Assembly: GCA_032718475.1 (NCBI GenBank)
Contig: JAUCBJ010008627.1
Span: 1-64,000 of the forward strand
Direction: 5' to 3'
DNA: 64,000 nucleotides
Source of the DNA: Nemertoderma westbladi
Taxonomy: Eukaryota > Animalia > Xenacoelomorpha
Shown: in pieces, positions 22,613 through 35,679 of the stretch
Layout: each line of letters opens with the position of its first letter
How positions within the stretch are numbered: the first letter of the stretch is position 1
The notes under the pieces: generated by a model
Database searches by the model: none
The model's input: only the letters and a program-made list of their open reading frames with translations
What the model was told of the DNA's origin: nothing
Made by a program: the position numbers and the translations under genes

Positions 22613-23445
22613 CCGACATTAAAACTTTCCATATGTAATGCCAAGAGCGGTACCACGAATCCGAACGTTACAGCAGCAGACAGAGACACAAAACAGATTA
22701 AATAGAGGACAGGTATACGAACAGCAAAATATATGTTTGTCCTTCTTGGTAGCTGTAAAGCAATAGACGGAACTATAACTGCCGTCACTAGAGCTAACCC
22801 TATTAACAAAGAACCACAAACATTGAAGGGAGTTTTAAACCCTTGATATTCATAAAGAGAAGCACCTACAAGAGGCCCGATAACACTCCCCAACCCTATG
22901 AAAAACTCCATAAATCCCGTCACAAAATTAATATCTTCACGGAACTCTGAAATAACTGCGGAATATGAAGCGGTGTTAGCCAGGGACAGACCGATAGCGG
23001 AAAGAATGCGAAACAAAATTGAGAGATAAAGGAATTGTGTGTAATTCATAACATATTCCAGACAACCGAAAGCTATTGTTGAAATTCCATATAAAAATAA
23101 ACCAAAAATAAACCCTCGTTTAGCTCTTATGTAATTCATGTATATCCCTGAAATCACGGATGTTATTGCGCCAGCGATGGCGAATATCCCAATTACAATT
23201 CCGATTTCTGTAGAATTCAGGCCTCTTTTCGTGGCTTCGATTGGGTAAAACGGACCACCAAGGGCATATCCTGTGAATCCTATGAAATTACTCAAACACG
23301 CTATTGATAACAAAGAATATCTCTCCCATTTCTTCATAGGTACTGGTAATAATTCATCTAAGGAATGCTCCTCTTCCAGAACGTCATTGCAAGTTGTACT
23401 TTCAATGGGAATTGGTTTTTCATCCTTTTGCCGAATTAATTCCAT
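22613..23445 (-). CDS. First coding exon of an SLC18B1-like MFS-type transporter
   Basis: 277 codons with about seven hydrophobic helices. Motifs GPFYPIEATKRG, GLGSVIGPLVGASLYEYQGFKTPF and FVVPLLALHM resemble SLC18B1. The donor GG|GTAAGA at 22612 joins in phase to 1201, giving ...ESFNVGPMTT. Confidence 0.88.
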
Positions 23446-23615
23446 CTCAAATATGACAAGATGAGGATAAAATGTAAATCCGAAATATAAAGCTCTTTAT
23501 AACATTTTATATGTAAAATATTTATTTATATTTTATAAGCTAATTTGAAATATAAATTAATTGTAAGACGTATGAAATAAATAAAAGCCATGCGGTGTAA
23601 ATGTCAATATATTAT

Positions 23616-23722
23616 TAATATATGGCTAAATACTGTATATAAAGGATGATACCGTATAATATATGGCTAAATACTGTATATAAAGGATGATACCGTATAA
23701 TATATGGCTAAATACTGTATAT
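23616..23722. repeat. 41-bp tandem repeat (~2.6 units); the interrupted unit resumes at 24412
   Basis: Unit taatatatggctaaatactgtatataaaggatgataccgta. Confidence 0.85.
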
Positions 23723-24411
23723 GCTGGAGCCAGTAGTAAGGGAGCAGTTGGAGGAAGGTGACGGGACAGGGCTGCGGTGCGATGTAGGGATTAGGGGCGC
23801 GTTTAACGTGCAGACTCAGGCGTTGATCGATATCAGGTCAACCAACCTTGACGCCGAGTCGTACGTTAACCGCGCTCCTATGACCGTTCTCGAGGCGGCG
23901 GAGGACGAGAAGAAGCGGCTATACGCGGCTGCTGTAGCAGCTCGTCGCGGCGATTTCTCTCCCTTCGTGGCTTCGTGCGACGGAGTGTTGGCACCGCAGG
24001 CCAATAGACTGCTCAGAGTCATAGCCACCAGACTCCATGCATCCTGGGGGAAACCCTACGCGACAGTCATGGGATGGGTCCGGACGCGAATATTATTCGC
24101 CATCGTCCGTGGCACATCCCACTGTCTGCGCGGATCCCGCATGCGGTGGGGTGGCGCAGTGGCCTGGGGCTAGAGGACGGCGCTGGTCTCCCCTCCATGG
24201 CGGATTAGAACAGTAGTACAGCAACAAGTACTGAAGTAGCAAGTATGTAGGCCAGTCAGTTTGAATTTCCCTCCAATATTTGTATCACTTTTTACTATTT
24301 AAACTGTAATAATTACAATAATTGGTGATGGGTTTCTCTCATTGTATACTGTATGTATTACGTGTCTAATATATTGCACTAAATAGTTACTTGAGTACAT
24401 AAAATTACTAG
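23723..24411 (+). mobile_element. 5'-truncated CRE-like non-LTR retrotransposon (restriction-like endonuclease C-terminus and 3' UTR)
   Basis: Peptide RCDVGIRG...IDIRSTNLDAESY...EDEKKRLY...FSPFVASCDG...WVRTRILFAIVRGTSHCLRGSR. GC-rich island flanked by the 9-bp duplication ACTGTATAT (23714-23722 and 24412-24420). Confidence 0.82.
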
Positions 24412-24967
24412 ACTGTATATAAAGGATGATATATAGGCCTACCGTATAATATATGGAACGAATAAAACATTAATGCCCGGCCCGTCAAAACAGCATTCAA
24501 TTCGTATCATATAAATAATTTGAAAAGCATAAAACCGACTAATAGATTTTATGATCTTCGATCTGGTTTCCTATAATCTTAAGTTACTGGGCCTGTCTAA
24601 TTTATTGAATTGCAGATATAATTCCGACAAAATACTGATATGGTACAGTAGGTCCAGTGTTGGATTATAGAAGGCATCCGATACTGTAGATCGCCGGTGA
24701 ACAATGTTCGAATTTAACCGATGAAAAAATGTTCAAATTTTTGAGAACCTGGTGAAAATAGAGGCAATAATGATATAGGGGGGATATAACCTACAGTACT
24801 ACAGTATTATAGTACTGTAGGTAATGTAGGGGAGAATAAAATAATAACATGAATAATATTTTATTATAGCCATATATTAGGCCACAATGACCTTACTGAG
24901 GCGCGGAATGAGTACCACCGGCTCATGCACACTAGAACAGCCAAGGCTGCATCTAGAGGTCCCTTAA

Positions 24968-25271
24968 GGCCCGTTCACATCCAACGGAACGGTACACCGC
25001 GCGGTGTACCGCAGGGCCAGCGGTGCACCGCTGACTGTGAACGACCCAACAGGTAGTTATGCGCTAAACCGCGCGGTTTACCGCAGCCCATTTAAACAAT
25101 GTTAAAAAAATAATGTAATTTCCTGTTGAATTCACAGTCGACAGATAGACAATCAGTTACCGCAACGGTACCGTTGGGTGTGAACGGGCTCCGGGTAGTG
25201 TGCCGCTGGCTTACCCCTTCAATACCGCCAGACTACTTTACCGCTAACGCACCGTTGGATGTGAACGGGGC
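24968..25271. mobile_element. MITE, 304 bp, flanked by TTAA
   Basis: Terminal inverted repeats GGCCCGTTCACATCCAACGG and CCGTTGGATGTGAACGGGGC; TTAA on both sides; internal palindromes. Superfamily uncertain. Confidence 0.85.
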
Positions 25272-25275
25272 TTAA

Positions 25276-27345
25276 ATAGGCAGTACTCTGATTATCTGAA
25301 GGAGCATATCAATAAGCAGGTTGATGCCATTAACAATGCTGATGATAGCAGACAATCAGCTGAGGCATGGCAATCAATAAACCTTCCCATTGGGAGGAAC
25401 GCTGTGCGAAAAACAACACAAACTTAAAACCATAAATTTGGATGAGATTAGGAACTACTTCAGACTACATACAGTACAGTAGGCCTAGTCTTACAAATGA
25501 AGAAAGTAGGTAGAGATAATTGAGAAGCATCTAGAATTATCGAATCACCTTCAACCATCATACGCCATATCCAATCCAATCCAATAAGAGTATCATAAAA
25601 GAAAGAAAAATTGAAATACAACGTAAAATTGTTGATTTATACACGTAATTACTATCACCGTACTGGTAACAATAAAGATAGTCTCTCAAATAAGACAAAA
25701 GAAACAAATAAGTTGGTCCCAGTCCCAAAGAAGGGCAACTTAACAATCTATGGCTCTTTTCATGGAATCTAGTTAGTTGATCTCGATTGCTCAAAGCTAT
25801 TCAATAGAATTATATTATATCGCATCAGGGATCCTGTTGAGAGACTGCTCCGTGGAAATAAGAATGGGTTCCGTAAAGGTCATGGCGCCATGGAGCCTAT
25901 TCTAGTGCTTAGAAGGATTATCGAAGAGTTATCAACAAAGAAAGACAGACGTTTGGCTATTATCTTTGTGGACACCTTTAAGGACTTCGATTCAGTCTCC
26001 CGACCACGTACAGTACGTTCAGCATACTGGCAGCCTAAGGGGAAATCATGGGCAACATTGAATAGACTGTCTAGGATTTGTAAGTCCCATAGAATAAAAC
26101 GGAATTTTAAGGTTCGATTATTTAGGGCAGCAGTAGAACCAGTACTCTTATATGGTAGTCCATGCTGGGTTCCAACTGCAGAGGATCCCAAATCTCTGGT
26201 TGGCACTTTCACAAGAATGTTGCGCCGGGTTCACTGTGACATCTCAAATCAAACTCTCAAAATCAAACATTGGATAACAATGTGTTATAGATTAGTTGTT
26301 TCAATAGTCTCCCCTAGCTTTACACTTGAAAAGAGCCAGTTCCGCTCTGCCGGTCATTGCTTTCGCCATGAGGACCAGTCAGTGCATAATCTTGTGCGTT
26401 GGCAGCCTCATGGAGTGAATTAGCATTGTGGACAGCCCAGAATTATCTTGAAACGTCTCTTAAAAGACACTGGCCTTGAAGATGCGGATGATCTATCAAA
26501 TGTTATGGGTGATGTTATGGGTGATCAGCTCATTAGAACAGGCTGCTTCTAGTGTTGGTCTTTTTATTAACTCCAGAAAGACCAAAATTTTGACAGTTAA
26601 CTTTGAAAGTCCTCAGCAAGTCTCTGACCCGATGAGCATAAGCTCAAAGGATGGTATGCTTGAGCATGTAGACGACTTCTGTTACCTGGGAACATGGATC
26701 CGGAAGTCAGGTGAGGACCTTCGAATACGTAAGGGAAAGGCGTGGGCAGCCTTGAATAGGCTTTCCAGGATTTGGAAGTCACCGAGAATTAATCGGAAAC
26801 TTAAGGTCCGATTATTTAGAGCAGCAGTAGTTCCAGTACTCCTCTATGGGAGTCCATGCTGGGCTCTAACTGCTGAGGACACCAAATCTCTGGATGGCAC
26901 ATTCACAAGAATGCTACGCCGGGTTCATTGTGTCAAGTACAATGCACACATCTCCAACCAGACACTATATAACATTGGAGGTGTCTCATTGGCTCCCCCA
27001 AGCTTGACACTAGAACAAAGTCACTGCGCTTTGCAGGACATTGCTTTCGCCGTGAGACCAGCTAGTGTAAGTGCATAATCTTGTGCTTTGGCAGCCTCAT
27101 GGAGTGAATAAGCATGGTGGACAGCCCATGACATTCTTGAGACGCATCTTAAAGGGCACTGGCCTTGAAGATGCGGATGATCTAGCAAATGTCATGGGTG
27201 ATAGGGAGTTGTGGCGGCGCAATTTTGTCGACAAGCCGGCACAGCATTCTTAAAAATGCAGCTGCAATGCAGCATGCCGATCCTAGTAGTAGTAGTAGTA
27301 AGGGTGATAGGGAGTTGTGGCGGTGCAATTTTGTCGACAAGCCGT
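25276..27345 (+). mobile_element. Cluster of rearranged and duplicated RTE LINE fragments ending near a (TAG)n run
   Basis: Peptides VPVPKKG, IIFVD..KDFDSV, VDDFCYLGTW, VPVLLYGSPCWALT and WQPHG. The RT C-terminal block occurs twice (~26035-26520 and ~26530-27250). Confidence 0.8.
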
Positions 27346-27378
27346 ATGTTTATATTAATTAATATATGTAATACAGTA

Positions 27379-28098
27379 CAGGCCACCAGAAAACGCAGAT
27401 TTGTTCGAATGTGAACACATTTGATCAATGTGTACCAGTGTGATGTAATGTTGTTGAACGGGACAATTGAACATAATTAAACATATTAGAATTGCCAACA
27501 ACCAAATTTTTTCGCCAAAGGATACATTTGAATACTTTTGAAACGCTTAGTAATATGGAAACTCTCTGTAGTTTGCCGCGAACTGTCACTCACTGCAGCT
27601 GGAAATGCGATAAGGATTTTGTTTACCTTTATAGTGTGCGGTTAATACTGTAGTGTCTAGTAGGCCTATAATAGTTTAGTTAGTGATGTTAAGGCATCTT
27701 CTGGTCTTTCTCTGTGCCCTCTCGGTGTCAGACTAATGGCGCGACATCTCCCTGCACTAAATTAATTATTCAATGGTATACTGTAGGCTCCTCCATCCAC
27801 ATACCCATCCACTCCCATACACTCCATGAACCTTCATGTGGTCTTGTATGCAGTTCTCTCTCTACCAATACAGCCCATGTCCACAATTTTACGCCCTGGA
27901 GGCTCTCTCATCTACCTGATATCAGACATACAGGCCGCACGCAAAGCTTTTGTCGGTCCCAGCAAGTCAGCCTCCTTCTGTGGGATCTAGAAGATAACTC
28001 GCCAATGAATTAGTGTAGTGACCTGCCAATCAGGTGACTTGATCAAATGTGTCCACTTGTGATCACATTTGGTGAAATCTGGTTTTTCTGGTGGCTTG
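27379..28098. mobile_element. Non-autonomous TIR DNA transposon flanked by TA (Tc1/mariner-like), 720 bp
   Basis: Left end TA|CAGGCCACCAGAAAACGCAGATTT; right end AAATCTGGTTTTTCTGGTGGCTTG|TA. The subterminal ACACATTTGATCAA is also inverted at the right end. Confidence 0.75.
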
Positions 28099-28140
28099 TA
28101 ATGTATATATAATGCAGCGGCAATACAGCATACCGATAAA

Positions 28141-29350
28141 AGTAGTAGTAGTTGTAGTAGTAGGCCTACAGTAGTAGTAGTAGGTGTAGTAGTTTAGTAG
28201 TAGGCCTACAGTAGTAGTAGTAGTTGTAGTAGTAGGCCTACAGTAGTAGTAGTAGTTGTAGTAGTAGGCCTACAGTAGTAGGAGTAGTTGTAGTAGTAGG
28301 CCTACAGTAGTAGGAGTAGTTGTAGTAGTAGGCCTACAGTAGTAGGAGTGGTTGTAGTAGTAGGCCTACAGTAGTAGTACAGTAGTAGTTGTAGTAGTAG
28401 GCCTACAGTAGTAGTAGTAGTTGTAGTAGTAGGCCTACAGTAGTAGGAGTGGTTGTAGTAGTAGGCCTACAGTAGTAGTAGTAGTTGTAGTAGTAGGCCT
28501 ACAGTAGTAGTAGTAGTTGTAGTAGTAGGCCTACAGTAGTAGTAGTAGTTGTAGTAGTAGGCCTACAGTAGTAGGAGTAGTTGTAGTAGTAGGCCTACAG
28601 TAGTAGTAGTAGTTGTAGTAGTAGGCCTACAGTAGTAGTAGTAGTTGTAGTAGTAGGCCTACAGTAGTAGGAGTAGTTGTAGTAGTAGGCCTACAGTAGT
28701 AGGAGTAGTTGTAGTAGTAGGCGTACAGTAGTATTAGTAGTTGTAGTAGTAGGCCTACAGTAGTAGTAGTAGTTGTAGTAGTAGGCCTACAGTAGTAGGA
28801 GTAGTTGTAGTAGTAGGCCTACAGTAGTAGGAGTGGTTGTAGTAGTAGGCCTACAGTAGTAGTACAGTAGTAGTTGTAGTAGTAGGCCTACAGTAGTAGT
28901 AGTAGTTGTAGTAGTAGGCCTACAGTAGTAGGAGTGGTTGTAGTAGTAGGCCTACAGTAGTAGTAGTAGTTGTAGTAGTAGGCCTACAGTAGTAGGAGTG
29001 GTTGTAGTAGTAGGCCTACAGTAGTAGTAGTAGTTGTAGTAGTAGGCCTACAGTAGTAGTAGTAGTTGTAGTAGTAGGCCTACAGTAGTAGGAGTAGTTG
29101 TAGTAGTAGGCCTACAGTAGTAGGAGTAGTTGTAGTAGTAGGCCTACAGTAGTAGGAGTAGTTGTAGTAGTAGGCCTACAGTAGTAGGAGTAGTTGTAGT
29201 AGTAGGCCTACAGTAGTAGTAGTAGTTGTAGTAGTAGGCCTACAGTAGTAGTAGTAGTTGTAGTAGTAGGCCTACAGTAGTAGTTGTAGTAGTAGGCCTA
29301 CAGTAGTAGGAGTAGTTGTAGTAGTAGGCCTACAGTAGTAGGAGTAGTAG
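28141..29350. repeat. 32-bp minisatellite, roughly 37 units
   Basis: Unit GTAGTAGGCCTACAGTAGTAG(T/G)AGT(A/G)GTTGTA. Confidence 0.97.
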
Positions 29351-29869
29351 TATAGGTTAGTAAGACCCGCTACGTTATGAATGTATAGGCCCGTTGGTTC
29401 GGTTATACAGTTGCAGTAGTACTGTATAGGAAAACAATTTTGCGATTATTGAGATCGCTGGAATTTCTACAGTACAGTAGGCCTACTACATTTAGTACCC
29501 GGTAGTTATTTTTTTATATAATTAATAAATAATTTACATGCCTAATAATACTACTAAAAGTATCTTACTATTTATTATTTACAGTATTATCTATTCCTCG
29601 CATTATTTAGCTGCATTGTTTTATTGCATGTGAGTCATCAGACCAGTACAGTATAATCACAATCTTGAATATCATTAATGCCGTTACAGAATAGCAGAAG
29701 GATTAGATTGCATGTTAATTAATTGTAGGCGGCCTACTAAAGTAAAATAGCCTATTATTATACTGTATGAATATTTATTAAATTGTTTCCTCTCAATACC
29801 ACATGTCACGACTTAAGAATTTCAGTATTATTAGGAACCGAGAGGTTCATTACTGTAAGAATTGTTGGC

Positions 29870-29912
<43 letters not shown>

Positions 29913-32900
29913 CTGGCTGGCTAATCTACAGCCAAAACTACTCTAACGATTTTGATGAAATTTTCACAGCGTCTAGATACCGCGATTCTAATGTCCCTGG
30001 TATGTTCCGCTATATCGTCCATGAGCCGTGGGCTCAAAAAATAGACATAAACGAAAAAACGCCATAGGCGCAATGGTAAAATAACACCAATGACAGCTGG
30101 TGTCCTGATAAAAATGGCTTATGTAATGCATTTCTACACAAGGCTTAGTAATAAATCGATGAGGTTGCCAAGATTACTGTACTTGGTACACCCATACTGT
30201 TTGTTTAGGCCCTTGGACACTCTGTCAAAGCAAATATTAACTGGTTGGTTTAGTTTGAAATCTATTATCGCCTCAGCTGAATTACTCTTCCCAATGCATT
30301 CTATGGGAATATCTCACTCTGCTAATGTAAGCTGAATGACTTAAGTACACTTGTTGGCTACATTAATGCCAACATTATTGCAAAATGTTTTATTGTTGGA
30401 TTACTCTCTGTCACTTTCCCCTTCAGAACATTGTATTGGGAATTTACTTTAGTTTACTCTACTGTGCCATTCAGCTGAATGGATTTGAGCGATTGCCAAG
30501 TTACAGAGTTGGATCATTCTCTGACCATAGGCAAAGACATCAAATCTTTTTAAAAAGATACTTTTTCCATGTTTTTTTCTGGCCAAAAATTAAAAAAAAA
30601 AATTTTTCGTAGCCAGTACTGCCAATCGATTCGCCATCAAAAATAACGCAAAAAATTTTTTTTGCAAAATTTTAAATTACTGTAAATTTTTGGCGACTGG
30701 GGGGGGGTCAATTTTTTTCGATCCGCTATAACTCCGGAACGCTTTGTCCAAATTCGATGGGGTTTTTATTTTTCAACATAATTCGATGTCCTCTTTCAGC
30801 CTATCCATGTTTCGAAACCCCAAACAGCGCCGTTCAAAAATTAATTTTTTCTAGTTCTAGAATTTTACAAATTTCAAAAAAGTTGCAGTATTTTATTCAC
30901 GCCTTTACGGAATTCGATAGCGTTTTCGATTTTTATATTAAACGCAATATCCTGAATCTCACTAGCCTAGTTTCGCGTCACCAATTCCAAGACTTCATAC
31001 ATTTTGAGGAAAATTTTTCTAGAATAATTTTTAATTAATTACATTTATCGCGATTTCTTATTACTGGTTGCACATGAATTGATGGAGTTTTAATTTATTA
31101 ACTAAACACGATATCGCGCATTGCACCAGTGTGGTTACGAAATTCCAAAACGAGGTCTTCACTAGTTGCAGGTCGATTTTGTTCTAGAATTGAGCAACTA
31201 ATAATACAGTAAGTAGATCGAATTTATTAGGAACCCAGAGGTTCATTACTGTAAGAATTGCTCGTGGCTGACTGACTGGCTGGCTGGCTGGCTGACTGAT
31301 CTACAGCCAAAACTACTCTAACGATTTTGATGAAATTTTCACAGCGGCTAGATACCGCGATTCTAAGGTCCCTGGTATGTTCCGCTATTTCGTCCATGAG
31401 CCGTAGGCTCGAAAAATAGACATAAACGAAAAAACGCCATAGGCGCAATGGTAAAATAACACCAATAACAGCTGGTTTCGTGATGAAAAATGGCTTATGT
31501 AATGGATTTCTACACAAGGCTTAGTATAAATCGATGAGGTTGCCAAGACTATTGTACTTAGTACACCCATACTGTTTGTTTAGGCCCTGCACTCTCTGTC
31601 AAAGCAAATATTAACTGGTTGATTTAGTTTGTGGTTCTACACAGGCTTAGTATAAATCGATGAGGCTGCCAACTGCAATCTATTACCGCCTCAGCTGAAT
31701 AACTCTTCCCCCTGCTGAATGACTATTAGGTATACAGTGTATCGGCTACATTAATGCCAACATTAATACTGTGGAGGCTGTATGCTTATAAGGTGGAATG
31801 TTTACTCAGCCTTATACTGATACTCTGTAAGGCTAAGACCAACATTATTGCAAAATGTTTTATTGTTGGACTCTCTGTCAGTCTCCCCTTCAGAACATTG
31901 TATAGGGAATTTAGTTTAGTTTACTCTACTGTGCCATTCAGCTGAATGGATTTGAGCAATTGCCAAGTTACAGAGTTGGATCATTCTCTGACCATAGGCA
32001 AAGACATCAAATCTTTTTAAAAAGATACTTTTTCCATGTTTTTTTTCTGACCAAAAATTTAAAAAAAAAAATTTTCGTAGCCAGTACTGCCAATCGATTC
32101 GCCATCAAAAATAACGTAAAAAATTTTTTTTGCAAAATTTTAAATTACTGTAAATTTTTGGCGACTGGGGGGGGTCAATTTTTTTCGATCCGCTATAACT
32201 CCGGAACGCTTTGTCCAAATTCGATGGGGTTTTCATTTTTCAACTTAATTCGATGTCCTCTTTCAGCCTATCCATGTTTCCAAACCCCAAACAGTGCCGT
32301 TCAAAAATTAATTTTTTCCAGTTCTAGAATTTTACAAATTTCAAAAAAGTTGCAGTATTTTATTAACGACTTTACGGAATTCGATAGCGTTTTCGATTTT
32401 TATATTAAACGCAATATCCTGAATCTCACTAGCCTAGTTTCGCGTCACCAATGCCAAGACTTCATACTTTTTGAGGAAAATTTTTCTAGAATAATCTTTA
32501 TTTAATTACATTTATCGCGATTTCTTATTACTGGTTGCACATGAATTGATGGAGTTTTCAATTTATTAACTAAACACGATATCGCGCATCGCACCAGCGT
32601 GGTTTCGAAATTCCAAAACGAGGTCTTCACTAGTTGCAGGTTGATTTTGTTCTAGAATTGAGCAACTAATAATAGATCGAATTTATTAATAATTATTGTA
32701 TGAAATATGATTGTATTTTTACATAATTATTTGTTCTATACTAATTCTCGTTGTCTCTATTATTTATTAAAATAAAAAGTCGGTTCCTTATCGGGCCGCT
32801 AGGCCCGTCACTAGTTAGGAACCGAGAGGTTCATTACTAGTTAGGAACCGAGAGGTTCATTACTGTAAGAATTGTTGGCTGATTGACTGGCTGGCTGGCT

Positions 32901-34547
32901 GGCTGACTGGCTGGCTGGCTGGCTGATCTACAGCCAAAACTACTCTAACGATTTTGATGAAATTTTCACAGCATCTAGATACCGCGATTCTTTAGGAACC
33001 GAGAGGTTCATTACTGTAAGAATTGTTGGCTGATTGACTGGCTGGCTGGCTGGCTGACTGGCTGGCTGGCTGGCTGATCTACAGCCAAAACTACTCTAAC
33101 GATTTTGATGAAATTTTCACAGCATCTAGATACCGCGATTCTAAGGTCCCTGGCATGATCGGCTACTCCGTCCATAGCCTCTGGGCTCGAAAAATAGAGA
33201 TAAACGAAAAAAACGCCATAGGCGCAATGGTAAAATAACACCCATGACAGCTGGTGTCCTGATGAAAAATGGTTTATGTAATGCATTTCTACACAAGGCT
33301 TAGTAATAAATCGATGAGGTTGCCAAGATTATTATACTTAGTACACCCATACTGTTTGTTTAGGCCCTGCACTCTCTGTCAAAGCAAACATTGACTGGTG
33401 GTTGGTTTAGTTTGAAATCTATTATAGCCTCAGCTGAATTACTCTTCCCAATGCAATGTATGGGAATATCTCACTCTGCTATTGTAAGCTGAATGACTTA
33501 AGTACACAGTGTGTTGGCTACATTAATGCCAACATTATTGCAAAATGTTTTATTGTTGGATTACTCTCTGTCAGTCACCCCTTCAGAACATTGTATAGGG
33601 AATTTACTTTAGTTTACTCTATCTACTGTGCCATTCAGCTGAATGGATTTGAGCGATTGCCAAGTTACAGAGTTGGATCATTCTCTGACCATAGGCAAAG
33701 ACATCAAATCTTTTTAAAAATATACTTTTTCCATGTTTTTTTTTCTGACCAAAAATTTCAAAAAAAATTTTTTCGTAGCCAGTACTGCCAATCGATTCGC
33801 CATCAAAAATAACGCAAAAAATTTTTTTTGCAAAATTTTAAATTGCTGTAAATTTTTGGCGACTGGGGGGGGTCAATTTTTTTCGATACGCTATAACTCC
33901 GGAACGCTTTGTCCAAATTCGATGAGGTTTTCATTTTTCAACTTAATTCGATGTCCTCTTTCAGCCTATCCATGTTTCGAAACCCCAAACAGCGCCGTTC
34001 AAAAATTAATTTTTTCTAGTTCTAGAATTTTACAAATTTCAAAAAAGTTGCAGTATTTTATTAACGCCTTTACGGAATTCGATAGCGTTTTCGATTTTTA
34101 TATTAAACGCAATATCCTGAATCTCACTAGCCTAGTTTCGCGTCACCAATGCCAAGACTTCATACTTTTTGAGGAAATTTTTTCTAGAATAATTTTTATT
34201 TAATTACATTTATCGCGATTTCTTATTACTGGTTGCACATGAACTGATGGAGTTTTCAATTTATTAACTAAACACGATATCGCGCATCGCACCAGCGTGT
34301 TTTCGAAATTCCAAAACGAGGTCTTCACTAGTTGCAGGTCAATTTTGTTCTAGAATTGAGCAACTAATAATAGATCGAATTTATTAATAATTATTGTATG
34401 AAATATGATTGTATTTTTACATAATTATTAGTTCTATACTAATTCTCGTTGTCTCTTTTATTTGAAATAAAAAGTCGGTTCCTTATCGGGCCGCTAGGCC
34501 CGTCACTAGTTAGGAACCGAGAGGTTCATTACTGTAAGAATTGTTGA

Positions 34548-34578
<31 letters not shown>

Positions 34579-35349
34579 ATCTACAGCCAAAACTACTCTA
34601 ACGATTTTGATGAAATTTTCACAGCGGCTAGATACCGCGATTCTAAGGTCCCTGGTATGTTCCGCTATTTCGTCCATGAGCCGTGGGCTCGAAAAATAGA
34701 CATAAACGAAAAAACGCCATAGGCGCAATGATAAAAACACCAGCTGGCACTCATGAAAAAATGGATAGAGATGGCCTATAGTAATGCTATTCTATTGGAA
34801 TGGCCACCTAACAAGGAAATGCTTTCTGTGCCAAGTATTATCCTCACTCTACAACTCAGACAGTAAGCAAACATAAGCTGTGGGCTTCTAATGTATTACA
34901 TCATAAGCTGATTGCTCTCCCAATAGCCCTCACACACTCACTGAATCGAATGAAATCGAATATCTATTAGCTTAATGCGAATAGCTGGTAAGCTGAATGC
35001 CATTTTAGTTATTGTGTACTGTTGTTGTAGAGTTGAAACTGCTATGTTGTATGTATTTAATTAAAATAATTTTCGTCGAGGGAAGTTAATTTGGGATTAC
35101 TCTCTATCAGATGTAAGCAAAGCTGTTTAATGGGGTGGGTCATGGGACCCAAATATAGTACATTATTCATGGCAAACATTATTAAAATCATTCAGTCAAC
35201 CTGAAGTGTATTTGATTTAGTTAACTACTGTGCGAAAAGCGAATTTATAATGTTACCCATACTTCAGGTAAATTAATTTGTAGATATTTTGTACTGAAGG
35301 CGAGGATTTCTGATATAATATAAATACAAAACAGGGGCTTGTTTCGATA

Positions 35350-35670
35350 TAGGTAGTTGCGCCCTTCGAGCAGCACGTGAGTTAATCAAATATTAGACAC
35401 AATGTTTGACTTTCTCACTTCGAGCAGCACGTGAGTTTGGCTTTGACCCTTCGATATATGTATTTGCGCCCTTCGAGCAGCGCATGAGTTACATCAAATA
35501 ATAGACACACTGTTTGACTTTGACCCTTCGAGCAGCACGTGAGTTTTGCTTTGTCCCTTGATATATGATGTTGCGCCCTTCGAGCAGCACATGAGTTACA
35601 TCAAATAATAGACACACTGTTTGACTTTGTCCCTTGGAGCAGCACGTGAGTTTGGCTTTGACCCTTCCAG
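35350..35670. repeat. Internal tandem repeats with a CCCTTCGAGCAGCACGTGAG core (also at ~45570-45815, ~50290-50500 and ~52835-53125)
   Basis: Direct reading; the block precedes the GCCGA satellite each time it occurs. Confidence 0.85.
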
Positions 35671-35679
35671 CATCGTGTG

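Noticed and set aside
28141-29350. CRISPR-like array
   Set aside because: Units are contiguous with no unique spacers, there are no cas genes, and the context is eukaryotic.
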